Shown piece after piece: positions 16,595 to 29,444 of a DNA stretch of 64,000 nt (positions within the stretch are counted from its first letter, which is position 1; each line of letters begins with the position of its first letter). A model generated the notes under the pieces. It saw only the letters and a program-made list of their open reading frames with translations, did no database searches and was not told the origin of the DNA. The stretch lies in contig JBLDXI010000040.1 of assembly GCA_047495785.1 (NCBI GenBank), forward strand, positions 186,001 to 250,000, written 5' to 3'. This DNA is from Lepidodermella squamata (Eukaryota; Animalia; Gastrotricha). Both the position numbers and the translations under genes were made by a program.

Positions 16595-17792
16595 CCATTA
16601 TAGGGCGACTTTGCAGTCGCGGGATTAAGGGCAAAGTCCGCCTATGTTTTGCTGGTCTGGGTCGCTTGTTCGCGAGGTCGCTGTGGTGGGGCGGTCCAGC
16701 GTCCAGCATCCTTAGTTCGACTCCTGGTGGTGCATCATTTTTTCACTCTCGTTTTTCAGCGAGACATTTTTACACGACCGTCCCACAACAACGACTAGAG
16801 ATGCCGCGGTTAAAAAAATAACCGCAAAACCGCGGTTAACCGACGGTTCGGTTCGGTCCGGTTCGGTTCGGTTCATCGGACGCCGTAACCGCGGTTTTAA
16901 CCGAAATAACCGCCCTATAGACCGGATATAGACCCTCAATTGCAAAACTTCGGAAAAGTAACCATATTATTACAGGTTACTACCTTTTCCATTCTTTTAC
17001 ACTGGTTCGCAAGTGTTCACATGTCAATTAGCCGATTAGGAAAATCAATCAATTAGCCGATCACCGATCACCGATAATCGATAATCGATCACCGGTACGT
17101 GATAATGGATGTTGCCAATGAATTCAGCGGCAAATTTTACCCTAGACACCAAATTTTGAGGTCGTAATTCATGATAATATAAAATATATCGCAAAATCAA
17201 TTTCGCTTCCGGTTAATGATCACCCTTTTAATTTGGCGGTTTTAATCCTCTGAAGTTTTCTGAAGTTAAAAAATCGGGTAAACCGCCTTCTTTGTGTCTG
17301 AAACCCCCCTTAGTAACTTTTCACGCCGGATCAGAATCCGTTGACAGAATTTCGATTGCCATCATACCTCCGGAGATAATTGCCCTTTTTAAATTATTTT
17401 ATTGCTTTATTGCACCCATTTAATTTTTTTTCCCCGGATGAGTTTTATAGTCGAGTAATACATGAAACTATCCAGTTTTTTATGTAGAATCGCGTGGTTT
17501 AGCTCAAATTCTAACTAGAGCTATGGTTAAGGGGCTATTGCTATGCAAAAACGTTCAATTTTAACATTCAATGAAATGAATGCTATGCCAGCGATTAACC
17601 GTGTTTAACCCGGTTAAAACCGCGGTTAACCCGGTTCGGTTACCGATTTTCGATTAACCGAACCGTAACCGAACCGGCGGCTTGAAACTTTAACCGCGGC
17701 ATCTCTAACAACGACCTCGCGAATAAGCGACTCAGACCAACAAAACAAGCGACCCCTAAATCCCGTGACTGCAAAGTCGCCCTATAATGACG
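16595..17792. mobile_element. Non-autonomous TIR element with TA target duplication (Tc1/mariner-type), carrying a nested hAT MITE
   Basis: TIRs cattatagggcgactttgcagtc(g/a)cggga at both ends, flanked by TA at 16593-16594 and 17793-17794. The paralogous 3' flank of copy 4 (about 23010-23040) is the empty site. Confidence 0.85.
16796..17707. mobile_element. hAT-type MITE nested in the TA element
   Basis: Perfect TIR tagagatgccgcggttaa. 8-bp TSD acaacgac at 16788-16795 and 17708-17715. Subterminal aaccg/cggtt repeats. Confidence 0.9.
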
Positions 17793-18048
17793 TATTCAAG
17801 GCATAATCACAGTGGAAGGGAAATAAACTTAACTATGTTTCCGAGTTCCTTACAAAAACGGCAATTTTTGATAGGGCTCTAAACCCGTCTGCCTTTTGAT
17901 CAGGCTGATATATTAGCAGTAGATCTGACACGCTAAATTGCTGAATGAATCATTACTAAAAAGAGGAGGTGAACTTTTCAAATATTGCATAAAAAATCCA
18001 GAAGTGATTGGCAAAATGTTCATGAGATTTTTCTGGATATAAAATATT

Positions 18049-18443
18049 GAGTGCGGCTATTCGTACATAAATATGTACGCCATTTTGGCTATTCGTACAT
18101 ATTCTCCCTTGATTTTTTTCTGATATTGAATTCGATCCTGAATTTTAACGGTAGCTCACAGAGACTTGGGAATTTAGGGGAAGATGTGCCTAATTGTGCA
18201 GAAGTTGTGCCAAAAAATTTGACATGCTGGGACCAACCTATCTTTCGGGATGGACCTAAAATCAATTCATTATTTACCCCTTTAGTTTTTTCTGGGATGT
18301 GCCCACGGAGCTGAAAATTTCAGGGTTCTAAATTCACCCAGTTTCCGATCTGTAGTAAAAAATTCTACGTGTTATCTCAAAAATTGTACACATGGCAGCA
18401 AATCAATTTGTTTCCAAAAATATATGTACGAATAGCCACTCCG
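18049..18443. mobile_element. MITE with 9-bp TSD (Mutator-like)
   Basis: TIR core ggctattcgtacata / tatgtacgaatagcc. TSD taaaatatt at 18040-18048 and 18444-18452. Confidence 0.75.
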
Positions 18444-18468
18444 TAAAATATTAGGTTGTGTGCGAAAA

Positions 18469-19448
18469 GCATAGCATAGCATAGCATAGCATTTTCTTTA
18501 TTTTATCTTTTCCTTGATCAACAATAACATAATAATAACAATTGAGTTCAAGTACAGAAACGAAGAAACAAAAATGAGAAGGAAAAATGATAAAATAAAA
18601 TTCACTCCGGTGTACCCAATTCGCCGGGCGTGATGTAAATTTTGTTCACGCCAAGCGAACCGAGTGTCGGAGGAGGACCGGTAGCAAGCTACCTATCCTG
18701 ATCGTCAACCTCAAAAACTCATCCTTACTCTGATATTTCAATTTCACCAAAATAACTATGAATTTTTTGTCTCCAAGTAGTTCTATCCTGGGCCAGGGCG
18801 TCGGCCTCCTCAAAATTGTTAATCCCTAATTTGTTCAAATGTTTTTTGATGCAATCAATCCACCTTAATTTTGGTCGCCCTCGAGGTCTACTCCAAGTAT
18901 CATCCGGCGGCTGCCAGTACCGCATCTGGCTTGCCAGCCTTACGGGGTCCATGCGAGCGACGTGCCCGTACCAGCGAAGTTGCCGCCTAGCAATTTTGAA
19001 TGTAAATTGTTCTGAACCACACATATTTCTAATGACCTCATTGCGAATCCTGTCCCTAAGTGTTACTCCGCATATCTTACGCAAATAACGCATATAGCCT
19101 ACGTCGAGTCGCCTCGCATCCTCAGAAGTTAACGTCCAACTTTCGCTGCCATGCATGATAGTCGCATCCACAACGCCCTTTAAACATTTCATTTTTTCTT
19201 TAGTCGGGACAGATCGATTGCCAAAAATATACTTACGCATAGCGCCAAACGCTTTGTTGCCTTTTTCTAAACGAGTCCTTACATCAGCCTTACACCTGCC
19301 GTCAGACGTGATAACACTTCCCAAATATACGAATTCATCAACTTCTTCAATGTACTGCCCGTAGATGGAAAAAGGTAAATGTAAATTGCAGTCATTTTTA
19401 TTAACTCTCATGAATTTGGTTTTTGGAACGTTAATTTTCAAGCCCAAG
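18469..19448 (-). mobile_element. 5'-truncated RTE-clade LINE insertion
   Basis: RT C-terminal region GLKINVPKTK..EFVYLGS..HGSESW..LRWYGHVARM..RPRGRPKLRW..AQDRTTWR is uninterrupted. (ATGCT)n 3' tail at about 18469-18492. 12-bp TSD tgtgtgcgaaaa at 18457-18468 and 19449-19460. Confidence 0.92.
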
Positions 19449-21129
19449 TGTGTGCGAAAAAAGCAAGCGAAATTAGAGCAATGAGATATGAGCAATGATA
19501 TAAGAGCAAAACGACGAAAGAGCAATTATCACGAAATCACGAAAAAAATAGTGGCACGTGACTTTTTCTTCATCATTATCAAGTGATTAGCGGAGCGGTT
19601 TAACAGCAATTCGAGATACTTAATGGGTCGAGATTCAATTGTCTGTTCGAAGAAGAAAAAAACAAGTCGCATGCCACTATTTTTTTCGTGATTTATCATT
19701 AATAATTGCTCTTTCGTCGTTCTGCTCTTATCTCTATACCGATATACGGATTTTTGGCTTGCAATATGGGCACCGATGACGTTGCCGACAGCATGCTCAC
19801 TAGCTTGATCCCAACACAATTTTTAAATATCCCTCACTTTGGATTACCCTTTGAATGTCGACTGTGCATACGAAAATAACGTCAGAATTTATTGCGTGGG
19901 GGATTATAAACTGATGCAATAAAAAACTCAATTTTGTTTAGCGCGCATTTTTTGAAATTTGCATTTTTTCGCTCAAACCCTGATGTATATCAACCTATTT
20001 TTGATATCGTTTGACTCCACGTTATTTTATCTTGAAACTGGCATCAAAATCTCACGATGTACGAAAATTCGCCAAACCTTAAGGCTCGACTCCTGTTCCG
20101 GTCCGTTTCGGGTAACTATCTAGTAGAGGGTTTTCGAAGCAATAACTCACGGGCTTCCCATTTATTTCATTATTAAGGATACACCACTGCTCACACGGCT
20201 TTGAAAGGTTGGAAAGACACTTGAGAGATAGCTTGCGAATGAAATCACACTGATAGTTATGGCTGTTGAGTACAACTTACAATAAAAGAGAGCGAATAGA
20301 ATAAAACCGGTGGACTTGTTGGTTGGTTAAGAAGATCTAGGGTGCCAATCCAAAAATATGGGAAAGCAGAGGACGATTGGGCTCGAGCTCCTATCGGGAT
20401 AACATCAGGGCGTTGGTCGACCAACTAGATCGCGAATATTTTGCGATAGTGCCAAGAATACATGACAAGTTTTGCCGCAAGTATATTATATTCAATAAAT
20501 TGTCAGTTAATAATATGATTGATGGATAAACGATTCAGAAATACTCAAAGAATACATACGTGAAACACTTTTTTTAAGATGGATTAAAGGAATCTTCGAT
20601 GGCTCAGAATGCAGAAATACTTTTCCTGCACGAAAGACTGCTTAAATCGAGGTTCCGAAAGATGAATGCGGGCGTGAGAAAAGCAATATTGGATTCTACT
20701 CCATCCAGAAACACTGCATGAAAAGTGTTTCTGTATTCCATGCCATCCGAAATAGCTTAATGCTTAATTCTGTTGCACAAATTGGCGCCGAACGACCGGG
20801 TAAAAATTACTGTTCCTCGAAAGTTCTTGCAATCAAAATACGGCGAACTCTTGCAAACTGTAATATTCATGCGACCGAAGGAAGGCCCACTTATCATTCT
20901 GAAATTTTTAGTAAAATCGCGCTGTGCCCATGCGTTAATCTGGCCCTGACTTGATGGATAACATCCGGTTTCAAACAGGCAATTATACTGCTTCATCTTT
21001 GGCTAGTTAACGTGAGAATCTTAGCATGTTTTGAAGACGCTTGTTGCAGTTTACACAAAAAAAGCAAAGCGCATCTACAGCGTATTTACACTCACTGCAG
21101 TATCCTTTACTCCAATAGCCTTAACGAAC

Positions 21130-22887
21130 ATGTTGCCCTGCAATTGGTATCGTTTAACTTCGATAACTGCAATTTTATCAATTTTGTTGATAACTAGCGA
21201 AGCTTGCACGTCGCCATCGTCTGCATCAAGCTTCGTACCGTTTACCAATCCGCCTTCAGTAAGTAATTTTTACCGATATAATATTATGGACATGATTCAT
21301 AAACACCGGAGAGTAGCGTTCCGAAACGTACTGTTTTTTCTCGCGTGAAAAATATGACTCACCTTTTTCAACTTTGAGCAGCGATGGCTTGGTGCTTGGT
21401 AACCGTTAGGGATTAGCTCATGAGATTTTTTGAGCTCATTAATATGGGTTCGGACAGGTTCGGACTGTTAATGGTCAACATTTGAGTTTGGGGGACCTCA
21501 TGATCAAGGAATATCAAGTTTTGGAAAGAAATCGAAAATATTTATGCCTATTTAGGTAAACGTATCCTACCGTACAATTTTTATTGCTGACATTGTATTA
21601 TAGTGCTAATTCTGCCGCCTCAATTGCATCCTTTCCTACTATAATTATCACTATTTTTAGCAGATCGTTTCATTTAAATGAGTAATTTGAATCACGAGTT
21701 TCAAGATAGATATCGATTGCATTTTAAATTCCAATTTAATCTTAAACAGTCAGATTTGAGTCACAATAGGCACAGTAGTTTGTGGCTATTGGCGGATTAG
21801 GGCAATATGGTTAAAGTGAAGGGCCGAGATGAGCATTCCTAATCTAATTGGAAGCAAGATAATTCCCGCTGGAAATTGTTGATTGCTGTCACACCCAAAG
21901 CCGCTGAAATAGCGGTTTCATTGCGAATATTTTTGATAAAAGCCCCTAACCTAGAATCTTATAAGCTCGAGTATAATTTTAGCTATCCTTACTCCATGCT
22001 CGAACTCAATATTGTTCATTGTTCATCATGTAACAGCAAACCTCAGGCATTTGTGCTCCTGGTACCATGTGTCTTTACTTGGCAAACAACTGTGATATGA
22101 TAATCAAGAACTGCATCGACAAGACAGGAACTCAATGTCCTGTGGGCGCCACAGTGGTAAATCCAATGTCTATAAATAATGATTCCTCAGAACTCCAAAT
22201 TTTTCATTATGCAACAGCAAAATTTTCAATTATGCACTGGCTCGACTCAGGGTTCATCTATTTCTAAGACAGTCAAGCTGTGCATTTCTAACGGTCTGGC
22301 TTGCGCCGCTGCCTTCCTCCCCGGCACATTCTCGGTAAAATAAAAACATCGCGATTTTGAACAGCGAATAACATCGGTTTTATGCAGCAAGCCGCCGCGA
22401 CTCCTAATGCCCCGAATTCGTTCCCATCTTTCACAGACTGTTGCGCAGCTGCCGCCCCGGCCCCGCCGAACGCTAATAACATTCGCTACGAGATCCTTCC
22501 AGGCTTCACGGGAAGTATAGCTCCGGCTCTCGCCTGCATCAGCACTGATGATGCTAACCCATACAAGATTACAGCTACTGCAAACGCAATCGGTACGAAG
22601 GTCGGCAACTGCGTTCGCTTCCCGCATACTTCCAATACGAACAGTGATGTTGCCCTTTCAAGCGCATCCGGAGTGGTAAATTACACATAGTCTGACGCGT
22701 ATATCACACGTTTATTAATGATCAATAATTGCAATCGTAGATCACCAGCCCTGCCAACACCTATGCAGCTACATCATACACAGCCTGCTGCGCACTTCTT
22801 ACAGGAAGTGGTCCAAACACTGTTATGATGACAACAACATCGGCTTATGGCCTCACCTTGGAACGATGCCAAGTCACCTCACCGTAA
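21130..22887 (+). CDS. Cys-rich family copy 4 (5 exons, intact)
   Basis: Signal peptide MLPCNWYRLTSITAILSILLITSEA. Extra exon QTSGICAPGTMCLYLANNCDMIIKNCIDKTGTQC at about 22037-22156. Then the three conserved exons to ERCQVTSP*. All introns phase 0. Confidence 0.8.
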
Positions 22888-23929
22888 ACAAAACCTTACT
22901 TGGAAAAAACCGAGTCGTTGATATACAAGCAAAAACATGAAGTTGAAAATAACCAGAACGGTCAAAATGATACTAGCAAGATCTTTATAAAGACCGAACG
23001 GTGACGTATCAACAACAACACACTAATCAAGGCATAATTACAGTTGAAGTACAATAAACATAACAATGTTCCCGAGTTCCTACGTGAAAAAACGGCCAAC
23101 TTTGATAGGGCTCTAAACCCGTCCGCGCAGCCGGAGATTTACTTTTTAGCAGCCGAAATTGTAAGCTTTGCAGCGCAATTATTTATCCACCAATTATTTA
23201 TCAATTTTCTCTTCATCAAAGCATTGAAATGATCTTTACATGTTTCCCGAATATATTGATAAGACCCGAGCCTATATGGCCTATATGGCCTATATGGTTT
23301 CTGTAAGTTTCGAATAGGCCGGTTCAGGGACGGGAGGTGAGACATGCGCAGAGCCTCGTGATGAGACGCGCAGACCCGTGCGAATCCATGACTGGCTGGG
23401 AGCCATTCATGATTAACTCCAAAAATTACCAATACAAAAACCGTTGACCGTGACTAAAAGGTGAACCTTCCATCAGAGTTTGGGCTTTAGGCCTGTACCT
23501 ATCCTTCTTTTCCCTTTTCATTGTTAACCTGGCTGGATTGTCAATAATTCTCATACTGCGTTTCTGCGATATCTTAAATCTAAACCGGATGAACTAGTAG
23601 ATTTTACGACCTCTGAGGTGAGGCGCCGAGTACTAACCTATTGCTAACTGTTGTGTAACAAAACGCATAATAAAGTCAGAATCAGAATCAGAATGTGGAG
23701 GCATGGGGCATGGACTTCATCGATTCCCACATCGCCCCTTAGTTCCTGATTCCTGAGATCAGTTCGCCATCAGTTCTATTTACCAAACCCTTGGGAAAAT
23801 CGAAACGGTCACGGAACCAGTAAAAAACCAATCGAATATTTTGTTTACTTTACCTCCAAGCACTGATGAATCAGCTGACCATCTGGCGCCCATGGCGTAG
23901 CACCCTTTTTCTCGTGAGTAAGCAGTCTA

Positions 23930-23998
23930 TCCTAAATTATGTCTATGACAACGGCGTATGGCCTCACGTTGGAGCGATGCCAATCCACTACGCAGTAA
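23930..23998 (+). pseudogene. Orphan last-exon fragment of the Cys-rich family
   Basis: Reads MTTAYGLTLERCQSTTQ*, followed by 3' sequence like that of copy 1. Confidence 0.75.
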
Positions 23999-25630
23999 AG
24001 AAGCTTAGATCTCGAACTTGATTAAAGCTCGATTCATTATCGCCAACATGATTTTTTATGAGCTCGAGACATCCAATTTTATGGTTTTTAACAAGTTTTT
24101 AACAAGGCGTTTGTAAGCCCACCAAACCGCAAATATTTTGAGACTTCCCTAACAGTAAATGAAAAGTTTTGCCACAATTTTATTTTATTCATTACTCGGT
24201 CAGTTAATACTACTATCACTGTAACGTTATTACATATTGTTACAAATTTATCAGGATCACGGCGAAAAAACTCACGTCACTTGTATGAGTTAGCGATGGA
24301 TAATAGCCGCGTCAATTTCACATTTTTATAGTTTGTATAGTAAAAAACTATAACAAACTAACACGATATTCATGAGATCATTAAACAATGAACCGGTGAG
24401 CTGGGTGATTCTGACAACTCCTCGCACAGTCTTCAAAATCATAAACGAGTTTCAAGAAAACTTCAAAAACTTCAAGATCTTTTGCCAGATATTGTTATCA
24501 AGTTCGGCCCTGACCTCCTTCGATCGAAATAAGCGAGGCAATTAGTCATAAGTATAAAAGTACTTTATTTTTCGATTGGTTATAATGTATAATTATCAGT
24601 TTTTCACGATGGGCCTGGCAAAGCTCATGTCGTTTGCGTGAGCTGACGAGGTATAATACATATGTATAGCGACTTCAATTTCAAAAACCATCTGCCAACC
24701 AACCAATTTTTCGGGCTCAATAACATCATTCATCAGCATGTGGCTTTTGTAGCTAGCAGCATAAAGTATACATTATTAAAAAATAGTACCAATAAACGCG
24801 ACATTTCGAGCTCATTAGACAATGAATGACAATGAATGTGCGAGATGTGTCATAACAAGGTCAACCTGCGACCTGCGAACACAAGTCTGATCAGATTTTA
24901 CGCCTATATCTGCCCTTCTTTATCAGTGTTAAACTAGCCAGGACCATTGATAACCCTTTTCTTCACTTGGTTTCCATCCTGAGATTTGACCTTTGCAGCC
25001 ATAGGTGCAATCCATTTACACATCTTCCTTAAGGTTCCTCGTTCAAAATTTAGGTATGATTGATAGGTTCGCTATTGACCTTTATTGATCCTTCTGCTTC
25101 TTAATCGAAGTCCTGTCAAGTCGCGTTATACAATTTTCCCTAGCCGATTGTTTTAATTATTGCTCCTTGTAATTTTCCATCATTTTCGCTCTCAAATTGC
25201 TGACCTTTTTCTTTTCGCCCACAACCCGTTATTTCGACCTGGAAAACTTTCAACCACCACGTAGCTGTTAGAGGGTTAACAAGAGCATAATTTTCTCTAA
25301 CACCACGCATCTTTAATGTATAAGGATAATTGACTCGGCCGACTTTTTTGCTCACTAGGTAGGTTTCTAGGTTGAAGCTCCAACTCGTGGAAATTAGAAA
25401 ATAGGCAATCGAGCTAGGCAAACAGTATACTTATATTAGTCATCGCCTTCTTTTATCTGAGCGTATCTGTTGCCGGCGTTATTATATTACTAATACGGCC
25501 GACCTAGCTGGCGAAGACGCAAAGTTGACCGGGTGCGAAAGTATCAAACTGCATTCCATCATGCGGATTCGAGGCTATAAATTCGGCCGAATTTTCAGGC
25601 AGAGCTTCCATTTCTCTAAGCTCGCCGAAA

Positions 25631-26553
25631 ATGATCTTCTTAGCTCTGACCGTTCTTGCCGCTGCCTGCAGTGTCATTGCAGCTTGTCCAGCCTCTTCGA
25701 CGTCATGCCCGACCGGTTCGGCCGCTTGCCCTTCCGGCCAAGCGTGTTATGCTTCGTCGAACAACTGTGATACGTCATCGAAAAACTGCGTCGACAAGAC
25801 CGGAACTCAATGCCAAGGCACTCAAGCATGCTCTAAAGCGGTAAACTCTTGTGCTTATATAACTAACCGAACACTAAAATGCTCCTTTTGCAACAGCAAA
25901 CCTTTCAATTGTGTACAGGTGCAACTTTTGGTTCATTAATCGGTAAGACTGTCAAGCTATGTATTTCTAACGGTCTCGATTGTACCGCTGCTTTCGGCCC
26001 CAATACATTCAAGGTAAGATAAAGAATCGTGATTAAGCAGTGAATGTCAATTGTTGTTTTCAGCAAGCTACAGCAACTGCAACTGCTCCGAACTCCTTCA
26101 GCTCGTTTCCGGACTGTTGCGCCGCCGCAGCCCCGGCTGCACCGAACGCAGCAAACATTCGCTACGAAATCCTGCCAGGACTTACAGCATCAGTAGCTCC
26201 GGCTCTTGCATGCATCTCAACTGATGATTCCACCCCATACAAGGTCACAGCGGCTTCGAGCCTTCTCACTGAGAAAGTTGGCAACTGCGTTCGCTTCCCA
26301 CATACGGCAAATACTGACACTGATTCTATTGCTGGCATCGGTGTCGTAAGTAAATCGCGGATAATTGACGCCTTAATTTCAAACTCATTCATTGCCATCG
26401 CAGGTCGCCGCAACCAAAGCCTCCACTTCGTACACAGAATGCTGTTTAGCTCTGAAAGGTGGCATTTCTTCAGGTACCCCCAATGTTGTGACTTATGCGA
26501 CAACATCGGCTTATGGGCTCATGTTGGACCGATGCCAATCCACCTCGGCGTAA
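25631..26553 (+). CDS. Cys-rich family copy 5 (4 exons, intact)
   Basis: Signal peptide MIFLALTVLAAACSVIAA. Same three phase-0 introns. Ends TSYTECC..YGLMLDRCQSTSA*. Confidence 0.85.
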
Positions 26554-26717
26554 AAATACTTCGATCTCGAGTCGTAGTAACTTCTGTGAACGAAACATTT
26601 CCATGCTATATAAATTAATTTCTCCCGCAGCACAAATATACAATATACCACAAATAAATAACGTGGAACCCACCGCACCGTAAGACTTATTTCTCACCAA
26701 ATAAACAATTAATTCTT

Positions 26718-27068
26718 CAGAATATCTTTTGGCGGAACCAAATTTGCCTGTTGCGGAACCAAATTTGACTGTAGCGGAACCAATTCGGCATTTTGCGGAA
26801 CCTAATTTTAGGTAAGCAAAAGGCCGCTTTTTGAATATTTCTACGAAATTGAGGCAATGCATGAATTCTAAAGTGAAGAATGCATCTTTTACAGAATTTT
26901 ACGCTGAATTTAATGATGATTTATCTCAAATTATGCTGATAAATCATGACAAGATTGAAAGCTTCAAAAAGTGGCTTTAGGCCCATTGAAAATTCCAAAA
27001 TTTGGTTCCGCTAACAGGCAATTTTGGTTCCGCTACAGTCAAATTTGGTTCCGCTAAAAGTAAGACCC
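26718..27068. mobile_element. MITE with about 22-bp subterminal repeats and 9-bp TSD; relatives at about 8200-8350 and 56785-57025
   Basis: gcggaaccaaatttg repeats on the left and caaatttggttccgc on the right. TSD ttaattctt at 26709-26717 and 27069-27077. Confidence 0.8.
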
Positions 27069-28130
27069 TTAATTCTTCACCGGCTTCCATTTTTCGATCC
27101 TGTCTTGTATCATCAACATAGATAATAGTAAAGATCGGACGCTTACGATTTACGATCCTGCCATAGTGTCAAATTTTAGGGTGCAAAGGTCACCATGTGC
27201 ACAGCCACATTTTTGTGCTTTTTATTTGAGGCATGTGCGCCTAGCTAAATGCATGTAAAATCGACCCATTCTTAAATCGATTTTTTGAAAAACGCCATTT
27301 TTCTAATTTTTTGATAATTTTTATTCTGGTACAACTTTTAGCGTCATCCTGGGGCCTTTGCAAGGTCATCTAGATATTCGCAGAGAAGCTAAAAAAACTC
27401 CCGAAGATCGAAATTTGTCGATTTTGTTGAGGCGGAAAAAATTGTTAAAATTTGACCTGAAAATTCCAGAAAAAATATTTTCTTTACCAGGATGAGCTAA
27501 GCTATCGAAATATATAACTTTTATCCCCGTCCGATTTTTTGGGTATTTTCCAGTAATTGTGGGGAAATTGTTGTAAGATTGCTCAATGAAGAGTTTTATT
27601 CAATTTTCAACTCAAATAAATCCCAGTTTTCAATGTATTAGATCACAACCCAAGCAGCATCCTCGAAGAAGACAATTTTACCTTACATGATGCCGATATG
27701 ATCGGCCTTAGACCCTATGGCCCTTGAAAGGTGGTACTTGAAAAGCGCGCGCCGAATATACGCCAAAATTCAGGCCGCCTAAGTTGTTAAGCGGCAAAAC
27801 GCACTGTAGCAGGTGTTCAATCGTTTTATGATTAGCGCGATTATAGGTCCTGCTTTGAATTGCAATTGGAGACGCAAGTGGCAGTGTGAACATGCGGTAA
27901 GTTTCGACTACAGGCCAGCCGAATTTCCGATTTTCCGATTTAGCCATGTTTACGTCAGTTTCAAGGTGAAAGGTGGCAAGTAAAAGCGCTGTATTTTACG
28001 TGAATAAAGAGGCAAAAACAAATTACTTTTCATTTGCCTCCTTCCACCTTGAAAATGTGCAATGTCAGCTCTAATGAAAATAATGAACGAATTGAATACA
28101 ATTCAAAAATAATAATAATCATGTTTGGCA

Positions 28131-29046
28131 ATGACCTTCTTGACTCTGACTGCTCTATTTGCCGCAGCCTGCAGTGCCGTTGTAGCTTGCCCAGCCTCTT
28201 CGACGCCGTGCCCGACCGGTTCGACCGCTTTCCCTTTCGGCCAATCTTGTTACGCTTCGTTGAACAACTGCGATACATCGTCGAAAAACTGCGTCGACAA
28301 GATCGGAACTCAATGCCAAGGCACTCAGGCGTGCTCGACAGCGGTAAAATCTTTGATAATCATTTCTCGGGACTAACAAATGTTCATTGCGCAACAGCAA
28401 ACGTTTCAACTATGCACTGGCTCGACTTTTGGAACAGCAGTCTCGAAGACTGTCAAGCTGTGCATTTCTAACGGCCTGGCTTGCGCCGCTGCTTTCGGCC
28501 CTGGCACATTCACGGTAAGATAAGGTAATGCGATCAAGCCGCGAATGGCTTTAGTTGTAATCAGCAAGCAACGGCAACTGCAACTGCCCCGAACTCCTTC
28601 AGCTCGTTCCCAGACTGCTGCGCCGCTGCAGCCCCGTCTGGTGCGGCGAGCGACAACATTCGAAACGAGATTCTCCCAGGCCTCACTACACCTGTACCCC
28701 CGGCTCTGGCTTGCATCGGAGTTGATGACAGTCAACCATACAAGATTACTGCAACTAGCAACGGCGTTAAGATTGGCAACTGCGTTCGCTTCCCGCACAC
28801 TGCCAATGCTGTCGGTGATGTTGAAGCAGGGACAGGAGTCGTACGTTATCTTGTTCATTTTCACGTTCTTTATTAAATTGCCAATCGCAGGTCACAAACC
28901 CTGCACGTAAAACGTTCACCTCGTACACAACCTGCTGTGCCGCTCTGGTAGCTGGCATAGCCACTGGCGTTCCTAATGTTTTGACCTATGCGACAACATC
29001 GGCATAAGGCCTCACATTGGAGCGATGCCAATCCACCTCAAACTAA
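28131..29046 (+). pseudogene. Cys-rich family copy 6; premature stop in the last exon
   Basis: Four exons are present, but TAT>TAA at 29005-29007 removes the last conserved Cys (ancestral stop at 29044-29046). Exon 1 also has Cys>Phe (STAFPFG vs SAACPSG). Confidence 0.75.
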
Positions 29047-29444
29047 AGGAACATCGAACATCGAAACTAAATGCCTGACATTTGTTAATGCTTATACTTC
29101 GAATTTCCCCGTACACACAAAGTTGTAATAATTGCCCCAGGGAATAAGCTGTTGCAAATAAATTGTGGCGCGACAAAACAGCGAAAACTTACAATGTAAA
29201 AGATGCATCGTGTTTCTGCTGTTTTGTCGCGTTTGCTGTTTTGGGTATTTGCTGTTATGACGGTCTGCCAATTATATTGATTGATAATTTATTGATTATA
29301 AGAATAAAATATTGAAACGAAACCGGCTCGAATTGTATAGGAAATTAGCCTAATTTTTGAATATAAAAGCCTAAAACGAAACAGTCGAATTTTCGAGTTT
29401 TATTTTCGATATTGTCAACCGCGGTTTAATCGTTTCAAGCAATT

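Noticed and set aside
23676-23910. (TCAGAA)3 with adjacent GC-richer sequence, possibly a LINE 3' end or tRNA-derived SINE
   Set aside because: No convincing ORF motif, cloverleaf or TSD.
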